From contig JBHLRO010000014.1 in assembly GCA_048882505.1 (NCBI GenBank), forward strand, positions 30,001-62,000: 32,000 nucleotides of DNA. Reading direction: 5' to 3'. The position numbers and the translations under genes are program-made. The notes beneath the pieces were generated by a model. It searched no databases. It was not told the origin of the DNA and saw nothing but the letters and a program-made list of their open reading frames with translations. Within the stretch, counting starts at the first letter, position 1, and each line of letters opens with the position of its first letter. Positions 31,541-32,000 of this stretch are shown here, in pieces. The stretch comes from Candidatus Thorarchaeota archaeon. GTDB lineage: Archaea > Asgardarchaeota > Heimdallarchaeia > Hodarchaeales > Hodarchaeaceae.

Positions 31541-32000
31541 ATGCGAACTCTGGTAGTTAGACACAAAAACTGGTTTCTGTGGATCATCGGATTCGGAGTA
31601 ATGATTACCTGGATTGGATTTTCGGTTCTCATGGGCTGGATTCGAGTGGATCCTAGGGAATATTTCCAAATTCCCGAAAGATCGTTTTATGGACTGACTC
31701 ATCCCGTACTATTTGCTTTTGGATTCTGCATAATATTTGTGAGTTTATTCATTATATTTCCAGCTTTGGGATCAGAAAGTCTCAAATTCCTGAAAAAATT
31801 AGACGTCGTGTTCGTATTAACTTCCATACTGGGATTGGACATCCTGCTGTATGGGATTGCCAATTTCCACAGTGAATCCATCCCTCTGCTGATGGATCAT
31901 CATACATGGTTTGATTATTCCATTATAGGGATTTTCCTCTTCATCTTCGGATTTACACCCATGGTCTTCATCGTCCAGGATTTTAAAAACCACAAAATTC
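31541..32000 (+). CDS. Multi-pass membrane protein of unknown function, 3'-partial (>=153 aa, ~4 TM seen)
   Basis: Not in the track. ATG 31541, MRTLVVRHKNWFLWIIGFGVMITWIGFSVLMGW...PVLFAFGFCIIFVSLFIIFPAL...VVFVLTSILGLDILLYGIA...YSIIGIFLFIFGFTPMVFIVQDFKNHKI; open to the window end. Confidence 0.85.
   Translation, partial: MRTLVVRHKNWFLWIIGFGVMITWIGFSVLMGWIRVDPREYFQIPERSFYGLTHPVLFAFGFCIIFVSLFIIFPALGSESLKFLKKLDVVFVLTSILGLDILLYGIANFHSESIPLLMDHHTWFDYSIIGIFLFIFGFTPMVFIVQDFKNHKI

Noticed and set aside
22637-31881. Small overlapping ORFs in the right half (22637-22933-, 22991-23176+, 23458-23913-, 26506-26730-, 27126-27323-, 27553-27789-, 28000-28218-, 28258-28440-, 31068-31289-, 31352-31537+, 31505-31702-, 31699-31881-)
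   Set aside because: Shadows of well-supported plus-strand genes, with no independent coding signal.
1-32000. GC appears higher in the giant gene than in the right-hand genes (possible horizontal acquisition)
   Set aside because: Only spot-checked and highly variable line to line. It can be explained by amino-acid composition, and I saw no integrase, transposase, tRNA or flanking repeats.

Overview
Archaeal genomic window (a TATAAATA box, GTG/TTG starts, many N-glycosylation sequons, and surface proteins with a C-terminal TM helix plus basic tail). The Ig-repeat style suggests an Asgard/Heimdallarchaeia-like host, but that is inference only. The supplied ORF track misses the dominant feature. 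Positions 1-21025 are one uninterrupted minus-strand ORF of at least 7008 codons. I translated it line by line and found no stop, and it runs off the left edge. It encodes a giant secreted protein with a signal peptide, a LamG/ConA-like domain, and a ~3,900-aa central region with no recognisable domain. That region is almost free of N-glycosylation sequons and is bracketed by Gly-rich hydrophobic segments. It is followed by TSP3-type Ca-binding repeats, a second ConA-like module and tandem H-type-lectin-like repeats. Divergently on the plus strand lie a membrane-anchored gluzincin peptidase and then a tightly packed operon: tandem winged-helix regulator, Ig-repeat/beta-propeller surface protein, membrane-anchored tandem C8 (FYVE/RING-like) zinc-finger protein, anchored metzincin-like protease, anchored extracellular rhodanese and a partial multi-pass membrane protein. 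A 23-bp pseudo-palindrome (20/23 identical) sits 4 bp upstream of the TATA-like box and 74-75 nt upstream of the ATG of both the giant gene and the wHTH-led operon, which suggests one regulon. All small ORFs called in 1-21004 are antisense or off-frame shadows. I saw no RNA genes, CRISPR arrays or mobile elements.
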